Assembly (NCBI GenBank): GCA_001804705.1
Contig: MHAY01000005.1
Coordinates: forward strand, 11,433-75,432
Direction of reading: 5' to 3'
From: Ignavibacteria bacterium RIFOXYC2_FULL_35_21
GTDB taxonomy: Bacteria > Bacteroidota > Ignavibacteria > Kapaibacteriales > UBA2268
Length of the DNA: 64,000 nucleotides
Part shown: positions 29,176 through 37,827 of the stretch, in pieces
Numbering within the stretch: the stretch's first letter is position 1
Layout of the letters: each line of letters starts with the position of its first letter
Notes under the pieces: generated by a model
Databases searched by the model: none
The model's input: only the letters and a program-made list of their open reading frames with translations
What the model was told of the DNA's origin: nothing
Program-made: the position numbers and the translations under genes

Positions 29176-30297
29176 TTATTCTTCAAGGCTAAGAGGATAA
29201 TATAGATTAAAAATTGTTCCCGTTTCCTTGGATGAGATAAAATCAACTTTACCCTTCAGGTACTTTTCTGTTAACAGTTTGACGCTGTATAAGCCTATTC
29301 CTCTTCCCTTACCTTTCGTAGAAAATGAACGCTGGAATAGTTGAAGTTGAATTGTTCTTGGCATTACCGAGATATTATGAATCCAAAAGTGAGTAAATCC
29401 GTTATCAACCTTAAATCCGATTGTAACACAGCCATCAGGATTTTCGACTTCGCAAGCATTTTTCAATAAATTAGTTAACACTCTTCCTAAAAGGGAAACA
29501 TCGGTAATCATTATAAAATCTTCTGCTTGACTTGAAATCTGTATGTTAACATTTTTTGAAAAGTCATATTGTTTAACTAAGTTAATAACTCCCTGTATAA
29601 TCTCAATTGCACTTATTTTATTTAATTCAAGAATCAATGATGAAGTTTCGGCTTCAACCAACTGTCTTTGTGTCTTGATTTCTTCCAATAGCTTTGTTGT
29701 GAAATTTTTTATAAGTGATTTATAATTTGTCAACTGTTCGGGAAGCTCGTATTCCAGAATTTCCATTAATGATTTGATTGAACTGGCAATATTTAATATA
29801 TCATGAAAAAATATCTGTTCAAGAATTTCCTTTCTTTTTTCACTTGATATATCCATAACTGAAAACATAATAAAATGGTTACCACTGAAAAACACAGGAT
29901 TTGACCAGACTTTCAAATCAAATGCATTTCCTGTATCCTTTTGGATAATCCTGCATTCCTGAATGTCTTTTTTATTGTCTAATGACGAAACAATAGCTTT
30001 AAAGACTCCACATTCATTGCAAAATTCAGTAGAGCCGCAACCGTATTCATTCTCAAAAGCATGAATACAATTTAACACTTCACCCGGCCTTTTTCCAATA
30101 ACTTCACCCTGGGAGCCATAACCAAGGAAATTAAGAAGGCTGATATTACAGTATATAATTTGCCTTTGTGAGTTTAATATCATTACAATATCAGGCACCA
30201 TGTCCAATAAATTATTCAATTTGACAGGTTCGGAAATAGTCATTACCTGATGGGATAACTCACTAGGTTCAACTTTAATATGTGATATTTCATTCAT
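29176..30297 (-). CDS. Cytoplasmic sensor histidine kinase (PAS-like N-terminus, HisKA, HATPase_c)
   Basis: H-box region FFHDILNIASSIKSLMEIL; ATP-binding N/G boxes VLTNLLKNACEV...GRGIGLYSVKLL. Confidence 0.7.
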   Translation of the reverse strand: MNEISHIKVEPSELSHQVMTISEPVKLNNLLDMVPDIVMILNSQRQIIYCNISLLNFLGYGSQGEVIGKRPGEVLNCIHAFENEYGCGSTEFCNECGVFKAIVSSLDNKKDIQECRIIQKDTGNAFDLKVWSNPVFFSGNHFIMFSVMDISSEKRKEILEQIFFHDILNIASSIKSLMEILEYELPEQLTNYKSLIKNFTTKLLEEIKTQRQLVEAETSSLILELNKISAIEIIQGVINLVKQYDFSKNVNIQISSQAEDFIMITDVSLLGRVLTNLLKNACEVENPDGCVTIGFKVDNGFTHFWIHNISVMPRTIQLQLFQRSFSTKGKGRGIGLYSVKLLTEKYLKGKVDFISSKETGTIFNLYYPLSLEE

Positions 30298-30518
30298 AAT
30301 TATTAAAATTTAACCTGTTGTTAATAATTAGTTAAAACTTATCACCTATTGTAGGATTTTTATAAAATATCAAGAAAAAAAAACAAATCAAACACAAAAG
30401 TTAAAATCGTTATTATTAATTTTGAATAAAATGATAAATTAACTTGTTAAAATTCTGACTAACATACAATTATTTATATACATTTTCAAAATTTTATATT
30501 TAGGAAGGTTTGGGTTAT

Positions 30519-33005
30519 ATGAGATTAAATTCGATTAAAGCTTTTCTTATTAAAGCAGTTATAACTATTCTGCTATTTCTTTCAGTTACGCCTGTGTTTG
30601 CAAGCGAAGCTGAATTAAAAATTCCGGTTTTACTACCACATCAGTTCAATTTATTATTAATTGGAATTGCTGTTTGCGTTCTCGGTATGATTTTCGGGAT
30701 GTATGAATTTTTTCATCTAAAAAAACTTAAAGCACACAACTCTATGCTCGAAGTTGCAGAGCTAATTTTCCAGACAGCCAAAACATACCTCATCCAGCAG
30801 GGAAAATTCCTTGTTCTGCTATTTTTACTTGTCGGCACTGCCATAGCTGTATATTTCGGAGTCCTGAGCAAAGATGAAGCAGGCCACACGATGGGATTTG
30901 GTGGAGTGCTTATTATTCTTGGCTGGTCTGTTGTGGGTATTTTGGGCTCTTATGCTGTTGCATGGTTTGGCATCAGGGTCAATACACTTGCAAACAGCAG
31001 AATGGCTTTTGCATCACTCGAGAAAAAACCTTTGAAGCTTTTAAACATACCACTTCAGGCAGGTATGAGCATCGGTGTTCTTTTAATTTGTGTCGAACTT
31101 ATTATGATGCTTATCATTTTACTTTTCATACCAAGGGAATATGCCGGAGCATGTTTCATCGGTTTTGCAATCGGTGAATCGCTTGGAGCAAGTGCCTTAC
31201 GTATTGCAGGCGGTATTTTCACAAAGATTGCCGACATAGGCTCCGACCTGATGAAAATCGTATTTAATCTTAAAGAAGATGACCCAAGCAATCCGGGTGT
31301 TATAGCGGATTGTGTTGGTGATAATGCGGGCGATAGTGTCGGGCCAACAGCAGACGGTTTTGAAACTTATGGTGTAACGGGCGTTGCACTTATCAGTTTT
31401 ATTGTTCTTGCTGTTTTTTCACAAGAAAATCAAAAAGAACTGTTAACATGGATTTTCATAATGCGTATTGCAATGATATTAACATCACTCGCAGCATTTT
31501 ACATTAATAAATTCATCAGCAAAATTAGGTATTCAAATAAAGATGAGCTTGATTTTGAAGTGCCATTGACCTCCCTTGTCTGGATTACTTCAATCCTTTC
31601 AATAATAATAACTTTTGTTATCAGCTACTGGCAATTATACGGTTTGAAGGACCCGGCTGGAAATCCGACAAATATATGGCTTGTTCTTGCTGTCATCATT
31701 AGCTGTGGTACATTGGGTGCCGCATTAATTCCTGAATTCACTAAAATATTTACCAGCACCAAAGCAAGACATACTAAGGAAGTTGTAATTGCATCCCGTG
31801 AAGGAGGTCCTTCGTTAACAATTCTATCAGGACTTGTTTCAGGCAACTTCAGTGCCTTTTGGCTGGGTATGGTTTTCTTCGTACTAATGTTCATTGCATA
31901 TCAGGCAAGCACTTATGGATTGAATCAATTTATGTCTTATGAATCTATATTTGCATTCGGTCTTGTTGCATTCGGATTTCTCGGAATGGGACCTGTTACA
32001 ATTGCCGTTGACAGCTATGGCCCCGTAACAGATAATGCACAATCAATTTATGAATTGTCAATGATTGAAGGCATATCCGGAATAGACAAAGAAATTGAAA
32101 AAGATTTTGGCTTCAAACCGAATTTTGACAGGGCAAAAGATTATCTCGAAGCAAACGATGGAGCAGGAAATACATTCAAAGCCACCTCAAAGCCTGTACT
32201 AATAGGTACTGCCGTTGTCGGTGCTACGACTATGATTTTCTCACTCATACTCGTTCTAAAGAAAGTCTTGCTTCCTCCGGGTGCTGAAATCACAGACATT
32301 TTAAACATTTTGAATCCATACACAATACTTGGATTCATCTGCGGTGGTGCTGTTATATACTGGTTCACAGGTGCTTCCATGCAGGCTGTTACGACAGGTG
32401 CATATAAAGCTGTCGAGTTTATTAAACAGCATATCAAACTTGATTCAAAATCTTCAGTTGAAAATTCAAAAGAAGTAGTTAAGATTTGCACTCAATACGC
32501 GCAGAAAGGTATGTTCAACATATTTGTTGCGATTTTCTCTTTCGCACTTGCGTTTGCATGTTTCTCAACATCGAGCAAGCCCGCTGACCCGACAAATTTA
32601 AGTTCGGCAATGCCTGCGGCATTCTTCATCAGTTACCTGATTTCAATAGCAATATTCGGATTGTTCCAGGCAGTGTTCATGGCTAATGCAGGCGGTTGCT
32701 GGGACAATGCTAAGAAGATTGTCGAGATTGACCTGAAGGAAAAAGGAACTCCCTTGCATGAGGCAACGGTGATTGGCGACACTGTCGGCGACCCGTTCAA
32801 AGACACATCATCGGTTGCTTTGAACCCAATCATCAAGTTTACGACATTGTTCGGATTGCTTGCGATGGAAATAGCAATCGTTCCCGATTTCGTCGGTACT
32901 GCCCCTTATGTAGGTGGATTCTTCTTCATACTTGCTTTGACATTTGTCTATAGGTCATTCTTCTCGATGAGAATACCACCAAAGCCCGTAGAAGCCACAA
33001 AATAG
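30519..33005 (+). CDS. hppA: Membrane-bound H+-translocating pyrophosphatase (the ORF track begins at TTG 30510; the ATG at 30519 with RBS AGGAAGG 10 nt upstream is the more likely start)
   Basis: Signature GVIADCVGDNAGDSVGPTADGFETY and DTVGDPFKDTSSVALNPIIKF motifs, about 16 TM helices, 828 aa. Confidence 0.9.
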   Translation: MRLNSIKAFLIKAVITILLFLSVTPVFASEAELKIPVLLPHQFNLLLIGIAVCVLGMIFGMYEFFHLKKLKAHNSMLEVAELIFQTAKTYLIQQGKFLVLLFLLVGTAIAVYFGVLSKDEAGHTMGFGGVLIILGWSVVGILGSYAVAWFGIRVNTLANSRMAFASLEKKPLKLLNIPLQAGMSIGVLLICVELIMMLIILLFIPREYAGACFIGFAIGESLGASALRIAGGIFTKIADIGSDLMKIVFNLKEDDPSNPGVIADCVGDNAGDSVGPTADGFETYGVTGVALISFIVLAVFSQENQKELLTWIFIMRIAMILTSLAAFYINKFISKIRYSNKDELDFEVPLTSLVWITSILSIIITFVISYWQLYGLKDPAGNPTNIWLVLAVIISCGTLGAALIPEFTKIFTSTKARHTKEVVIASREGGPSLTILSGLVSGNFSAFWLGMVFFVLMFIAYQASTYGLNQFMSYESIFAFGLVAFGFLGMGPVTIAVDSYGPVTDNAQSIYELSMIEGISGIDKEIEKDFGFKPNFDRAKDYLEANDGAGNTFKATSKPVLIGTAVVGATTMIFSLILVLKKVLLPPGAEITDILNILNPYTILGFICGGAVIYWFTGASMQAVTTGAYKAVEFIKQHIKLDSKSSVENSKEVVKICTQYAQKGMFNIFVAIFSFALAFACFSTSSKPADPTNLSSAMPAAFFISYLISIAIFGLFQAVFMANAGGCWDNAKKIVEIDLKEKGTPLHEATVIGDTVGDPFKDTSSVALNPIIKFTTLFGLLAMEIAIVPDFVGTAPYVGGFFFILALTFVYRSFFSMRIPPKPVEATK

Positions 33006-33028
33006 AAAAACATCATTATTGTTCATAA

Positions 33029-33064
33029 AAGCCCGTATGTTTATTCATGCGGGTTTTTTTTTTG
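33029..33064 (+). terminator. Rho-independent terminator after hppA
   Basis: agcccgtatgtttattcatgcggg hairpin (9-bp stem with one G-U) followed by T11. Confidence 0.7.
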
Positions 33065-33349
33065 CTGTCATTCTGAGAGTAGCGAAGAATCTTTTAGCTT
33101 TATCTGAAAATTATATCAAAGAACGAATTTTTTTAATTTCCTCACCCGAACCCTCTACCATTGTGAGAGGGGAAAATCCCCCTGAATCCCCCTTTTACAA
33201 AGTGGTAAAGTTTACCCAAAATCGTTTTGGTGGGAGAGGAGGGGGGATTTGGTTATCGCAGAAGTCATCTGAAAGATGACGAGTGTAAGGATTTGTAAAT
33301 TCTCTTGTTATCGAGATTTCATTGCTTTCAGGATTAGCCGAAGCAATTA

Positions 33350-33535
33350 ATTTGTCCTGTTTTGTCTCGTTTTGTCCTATTTTTTTTAATTTTTCCATAA
33401 CTGTTTAGTAATAATTGTTGATTTATAAGAAATATTCATTATTGTGAATATGGAATATTTGTCTCATTTTGTCCTGTTTTGTCCGAATTTGTCCTATTGT
33501 TGTCCTGTTGGTTGTTACTATTTTGGACATCATCG
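33350..33535. repeat. Iteron-like array of about 10 GGACAAA(A/C) heptamers (plus strand TTTTGTCC) straddling the stop codon of the HTH protein gene
   Basis: ttgtcctgttttgtctcgttttgtcctatttt ... tttgtctcattttgtcctgttttgtccgaatttgtcctattgttgtcctgttgg. Confidence 0.7.
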
Positions 33536-34194
33536 GCTGTTAATTTATTCAGTGCATCCACATCTAATTTGTAGTCATTTTTTGTGAAGGCAGAGGGCAG
33601 AACCGGGGATATTTTCTCTTTCAAATCGGGAGGCGTCATGGACGGAGCCCATGAGCCGGAAATCCTGTCCCTGAAAACTTTTACGATATCTAATCGTTGC
33701 CCTGAAACATCTTTGATGATGTCGGAGACGGAAAAATTCTGCATCTTCATCATATAGGCGAGTAGGCGGGCGACTTTATTGAGAAAGTCCATTTTTTCTT
33801 TAACGTCGGGCAGATTATATGCCTTGTCATAATAGGTGAGGTAGTTTTGCAATTGGTCGAGAGCATCCTGATAGGAAGCGGAAAGTGAGATTCGCTGGTT
33901 GATTTTTCTGTAGTTTAATTCGGACATATCTGCGGATGTTTCGTTGTAAAGATCCCTGTAAATCTGCCTGTCGAAGAAGAAGGCACGTTGTTTCCAGTTC
34001 CATTTTTTGGCGATGCGGCAAATAGTGCGTGGTGAATAGCCGGAAATTTTTGCGACACGGGTGAAAGAACGGTCATGCCGCATGTCAACGTAGATGCAAA
34101 AAAGGAAATAGACTTTTTCGGATTCCTCGGGCTGACGAAACCAAGGGTATTCTTTTTGTTTTGGCTGTTCCTGAGTTGTTTTTTCTTCGTCCAT
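33439..34194 (-). CDS. Hypothetical protein with a probable N-terminal helix-turn-helix and a low-complexity Q/N/D/T-rich tail encoded by the iteron-like repeats
   Basis: SFTRVAKISGYSPRTICRIAKKWNWKQRA resembles transposase/terminase-small-subunit-type HTH; no other motif recognised; AAGGAG RBS upstream. Confidence 0.45.
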   Translation of the reverse strand: MDEEKTTQEQPKQKEYPWFRQPEESEKVYFLFCIYVDMRHDRSFTRVAKISGYSPRTICRIAKKWNWKQRAFFFDRQIYRDLYNETSADMSELNYRKINQRISLSASYQDALDQLQNYLTYYDKAYNLPDVKEKMDFLNKVARLLAYMMKMQNFSVSDIIKDVSGQRLDIVKVFRDRISGSWAPSMTPPDLKEKISPVLPSAFTKNDYKLDVDALNKLTADDVQNSNNQQDNNRTNSDKTGQNETNIPYSQ

Positions 34195-34544
34195 TTTTTT
34201 TCTCCTTTGAAAATTTTTTACGGTAAAATTAAGTGAGTAGATATGATATATATAGAAAACGGTTTTAAAAGGATTTTAAAATGGTTTGGAAAATATAGAC
34301 TATTAGACTGTAGACTATTAGACTGTAAGGAAGAAGAAATTTATTTGACACAAAGGGCAGGGAGGGAAGACATAAATGACATGAAGGACGTAAATTGTCT
34401 GAACAGGATTTGTGGGATTAAATGATGGACAGGATTTTTTTTTAAATATATATTGTATTTTTAATAGTATTTGATTAAGTTTAGTAATTCAATATATGAT
34501 TTGAAAAAAGAATGATTATACAACTCTTCTAAAAGTCTATCGTT

Positions 34545-35372
34545 ATGAGCAACATAAATGATTTTATGAAAAACGCTAAAGGATTATCAAAAAATCCGCT
34601 GGGAATTATTGCATTGTTTATCTCAATGATTTATGGTTTTGCTTGTTTAGTACTTGGAGTGAGTTTAAATAACCTCAATACACTTTGTGAAAGATTACCT
34701 TTGATTTGGTTTATTATAATTTTTCCATTATTTATGTTAGGCACTTTTATATTTCTTGTTGTTAAACACCATGAAAAACTTTATGCTCCAAGCGAATACA
34801 GATATGAAAGAAATTTTTTTGGTTCACCATCAAATAAAGAGGTACCCTCTGATTTAGATAATTTAATAGTATATGTTGAATCAACCGAAATAGATACAAT
34901 ACAAAAGAAAGAGATTATAGAAGAAATTAAAAAAGTTAAAGAAAAATCAAAAACGATACCAATACCAATAAATAATTTGTGGAATCTAAATCATTGGGGA
35001 AGTAATTGTGCTAGTATTATTGATAATAAGATGGTATTTACTGGAACATCAGCACCAGAAGGAAAAGATGGTTCACATATAAATTTATTTAATATTCTTG
35101 AAAATGGTAAAACTTATGAAATATCATGTTTTGCAAAATCTGATATTGGTACAGAAGCAAAATTTCAATTGTGGTGCCATGATCAAAAAGATCCAAATTC
35201 TAGTAGAACTACTGTTGCAACTGATTATAAGATACCCTCGTACAATGGCGAGAAATTCAGTTTGAACTTTAAAGCTGAGTACAATAATGATATAAGAATT
35301 CATTTACAATATTTACCAGGAAAGGGAAGAATCGAAGTTCGTGATGTAAGAATTTCAGAATTGAAAGCATAA
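34545..35372 (+). CDS. Hypothetical membrane-anchored protein (two N-terminal TM helices, C-terminal beta-sandwich-like domain)
   Basis: Hydrophobic segments IIALFISMIYGFACLVLGV and LIWFIIIFPLFMLGTFIFLVV; C-terminal region (NLWNLNHWGSN...FQLWCHDQ...) loosely resembles CBM4/9-type beta-sandwiches; very AT-rich codon usage. Confidence 0.45.
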   Translation: MSNINDFMKNAKGLSKNPLGIIALFISMIYGFACLVLGVSLNNLNTLCERLPLIWFIIIFPLFMLGTFIFLVVKHHEKLYAPSEYRYERNFFGSPSNKEVPSDLDNLIVYVESTEIDTIQKKEIIEEIKKVKEKSKTIPIPINNLWNLNHWGSNCASIIDNKMVFTGTSAPEGKDGSHINLFNILENGKTYEISCFAKSDIGTEAKFQLWCHDQKDPNSSRTTVATDYKIPSYNGEKFSLNFKAEYNNDIRIHLQYLPGKGRIEVRDVRISELKA

Positions 35373-35456
35373 TATAAACAATTGGTACCAATGCATTATA
35401 AGATAGATTGTATTTAATTAAATTTAATATAATTAATAAAGGAGATTTGAAATGCA

Positions 35457-35753
35457 ATGGGTTTGGACATGGAGTGGCTTTTTTTTGGTTATCTCAATGA
35501 TGGAAATCTTTGGACATATGATGGAAAGCATATTGGGAAACTTCACAATGATGAAATTTACAGTGCGAATGGGCAGTATATTGGCGAACTTAAAAACAAC
35601 AATCGTCTAATTACCAATATATCCAAGAAAACAAAAATAATGTTTTCCTTTTCACCATGTGGTCAAAGAATTAGTTATGTAAAATATACAGATTATGTTG
35701 GTAATGTTATGTATGTCGGGTATGAAGATTTTCCATCACCAGATAGTTTTTAG
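35457..35753 (+). CDS. Small hypothetical beta-rich repeat protein
   Basis: Internal repeats DGNLWTYDGKHIGKL / EIYSANGQYIGEL reminiscent of small '4-fold beta flower'-type proteins; the family assignment is from memory. Confidence 0.35.
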   Translation: MGLDMEWLFFGYLNDGNLWTYDGKHIGKLHNDEIYSANGQYIGELKNNNRLITNISKKTKIMFSFSPCGQRISYVKYTDYVGNVMYVGYEDFPSPDSF

Positions 35754-35886
35754 ATATATGAATGTTAGTCAATTGCCATAAAATTTTTAAGAATTCATAT
35801 AAGATTGAATGATTATCATATAAATTTTTTTTTAATATTTCATAAAATATTAAGATTTTTATTTTTAAATAATAATGTAAGAACTT

Positions 35887-36423
35887 ATGGATTCACAAAC
35901 CCAAACTTCAGAACCTATGTTGAAAGACAAGACTGTCGAGAATGCTAGAACTGGTTACAATACTGCAATTAACCTTTGGATTTATGAAGGTACTCTTATT
36001 TGGAACAAGTTTACAGCAATGGTTTATGCCAATACTATTTTGCTTATTACGATTGGTGTTATTATAACGGGAAACCGGTGGCGAGAGTTATGTCTAATAT
36101 TATTTGTTCTATGTTTTTTAGGAATTATCCTTTGTATATGTTGGTATATTATGAATAAACGTAGTTTTAAATTTTATAAATACTGGATTATGTCGGCTCG
36201 CGAACTAGAAGAACAATATCTTGAACCAATAAAAATAATAAGTAGGGGTGGAGATTATGCTGATAATAAAGAAGTAAAAATAAGTCTTGATACAGGTGAT
36301 ATGCATCTTATAATAAAAGGTATGGCAAAAAGGAAAGTTGAAAATGTTGTTAATGTCATTATTTGTATTTTCATATTTGTTTACATTGTTATTATGTTTC
36401 ATTATCTGATTTTTTTAAAATAA
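35887..36423 (+). CDS. Hypothetical small membrane protein (soluble N-terminus, TM hairpin, soluble linker, C-terminal TM)
   Basis: TM segments FTAMVYANTILLITIGVIITG, LCLILFVLCFLGIILCICWYIM and VVNVIICIFIFVYIVIMFHYLIF; no catalytic motif; last gene of the AT-rich islet. Confidence 0.45.
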   Translation: MDSQTQTSEPMLKDKTVENARTGYNTAINLWIYEGTLIWNKFTAMVYANTILLITIGVIITGNRWRELCLILFVLCFLGIILCICWYIMNKRSFKFYKYWIMSARELEEQYLEPIKIISRGGDYADNKEVKISLDTGDMHLIIKGMAKRKVENVVNVIICIFIFVYIVIMFHYLIFLK

Positions 36424-36688
36424 AAATTACTTTGGTTTATACTTTCTTTATTGAAAAATAAATTATATTAGTTGTATATTATTATAATATAAAAATGAGT
36501 AAGAATTATTATTAATTAATATTATTTCATTCTTTCTTATTTTCACAGATTTTCCACCACATCTCCTCATACTTCTTGATAGGCTTCAATCTGTCAATAA
36601 TATATAATCCCTACAGGATAAAGGTAATTGTTGTTGTTTTGTTTTCTACTAAAATATAATCACTACGTGATAAACCGCCATTCAACAC

Positions 36689-36790
36689 TCAAAACTCAAC
36701 ACTCAAAACTTCCACTTGATATTGCACCCAATACTCGGCTTCTGCTCCTGGCTCACAGGCATCCCGGCGAGAATGTTGTCGAGTGCTGAA
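36689..36790 (-). pseudogene. Degenerate duplicate of the 3' end of the thioredoxin-family gene at 37182..37739
   Basis: Minus-strand translation RSALDNILAGMPVSQEQKPSIGCNIKWKF* matches the C-terminus of the intact gene (IRSALDNILAGKHVSQEQKPSIGCNIKWKC*); about 85-88% nt identity over ~125 bp, including the downstream atcactacgtgat hairpin. Confidence 0.7.
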
Positions 36791-36859
36791 CGAATGGATT
36801 TTTGTTTTTAAATCGGATATAGTTAATTTAACAAGTGTTATTTTTTTTCGTGAAAACAA

Positions 36860-37111
36860 TTGGTACTTTTGAGTGAGCAAATTATGAAATTCAATTATGA
36901 CAAAGAAACAGATGCTCTTTATATAAATTTTATTGATGAGCCCGGGGTTGATTCATTCGAAATGGCTCCTGATTATATAGTTGATGTTGATGCAACTGGA
37001 CGGGTTTTGGGGCTTGAAGTTCTTAATGTGAAGAAAAAATTTAATTTTGATTCTATAATATTCAATAGCCTACCGGTTAAGGATGTACAGTTTGTCGGTC
37101 AACCTATTTAA
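36860..37111 (+). CDS. DUF2283-family small protein
   Basis: MKFNYDKETDALYINF...VDVDATGRVLGLEVLN matches the DUF2283 consensus (M.I.YD.E.DALYI.). Confidence 0.65.
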   Translation: MVLLSEQIMKFNYDKETDALYINFIDEPGVDSFEMAPDYIVDVDATGRVLGLEVLNVKKKFNFDSIIFNSLPVKDVQFVGQPI

Positions 37112-37181
37112 TAATATTAAGCTATCATTTAGAGTTTTCTATTAATATATAATCACTACGTGATAAACCGCCATTCAACAC

Positions 37182-37739
37182 TCAACACTTCCATTTGATA
37201 TTGCATCCGATGCTCGGCTTCTGCTCTTGGCTCACATGTTTCCCTGCGAGAATGTTATCGAGTGCTGAACGAATGTCGGAACCTGTAACAGCCATTCCAT
37301 TGCCCGGTCGGGAGTCATCGAATTGCCCGCGATAAACAAGCTTCAAATCTTTGTCGAACACGTAGAAATCTGGTGTGCATGCGGCTTTGTAGGCTTTGGC
37401 AACTTCCTGGGACTCATCAAAAAGATAAGGAAATTTATAGCCGAGTTCTTCAGCAGTGAGCTTCATACTCTCAGGAGAATCTTCGGGATAATTCTCAACA
37501 TCATTAGAGCTGATGCCGATAAATGAAATCCCTTTTAGCAAATAGTTATTTGATAATGAGACTAATTCAGAATTGATGTGTTTGACATAAGGGCAGTGAT
37601 TGCATAAGAACATAATAACCGTTGCAAGAGCCGATTTCAATTCGCCGAGTGAAAGTGTATTTCCCGAAACAGTGTCGAACAATGTGAAAACGGGTGCCGC
37701 TATCCCCAGCGGGAGCATATTTGATGGTGTTGCTGACAT
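37182..37739 (-). CDS. Thioredoxin-fold thiol-disulfide oxidoreductase (redoxin/TlpA-like)
   Basis: CxxC-type active site FLCNHCPYVKH, thioredoxin-fold length (185 aa). Confidence 0.7.
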   Translation of the reverse strand: MSATPSNMLPLGIAAPVFTLFDTVSGNTLSLGELKSALATVIMFLCNHCPYVKHINSELVSLSNNYLLKGISFIGISSNDVENYPEDSPESMKLTAEELGYKFPYLFDESQEVAKAYKAACTPDFYVFDKDLKLVYRGQFDDSRPGNGMAVTGSDIRSALDNILAGKHVSQEQKPSIGCNIKWKC

Positions 37740-37827
37740 AATTTTCCTAATTCATTATTAAAATAAAACAAATAAAAACATTAAACGTGGTTTACCAAAA
37801 TTTTATTTGAAGGCGAGAAGAAAATAA

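Noticed and set aside
30510-30518. TTG start for hppA proposed by the ORF track (MGYMRLN…)
   Set aside because: An ATG three codons downstream (30519) has a well-spaced AGGAAGG Shine-Dalgarno. The ATG start is more plausible, though either is possible.
33195-33398. 67-aa minus-strand ORF between the hppA terminator and the HTH protein gene
   Set aside because: It spans the palindromic repeat and the start of the heptamer iteron array. It has no RBS, and repeat DNA drives its composition.
36689-36880. 63-aa minus-strand ORF (MLTQKYQLFSRKK…)
   Set aside because: It is a chance frame across the duplicated 3' fragment of the thioredoxin-family gene. The homologous frame there is a different one, and it ends after 30 codons, so the segment is annotated as a pseudogene fragment instead.
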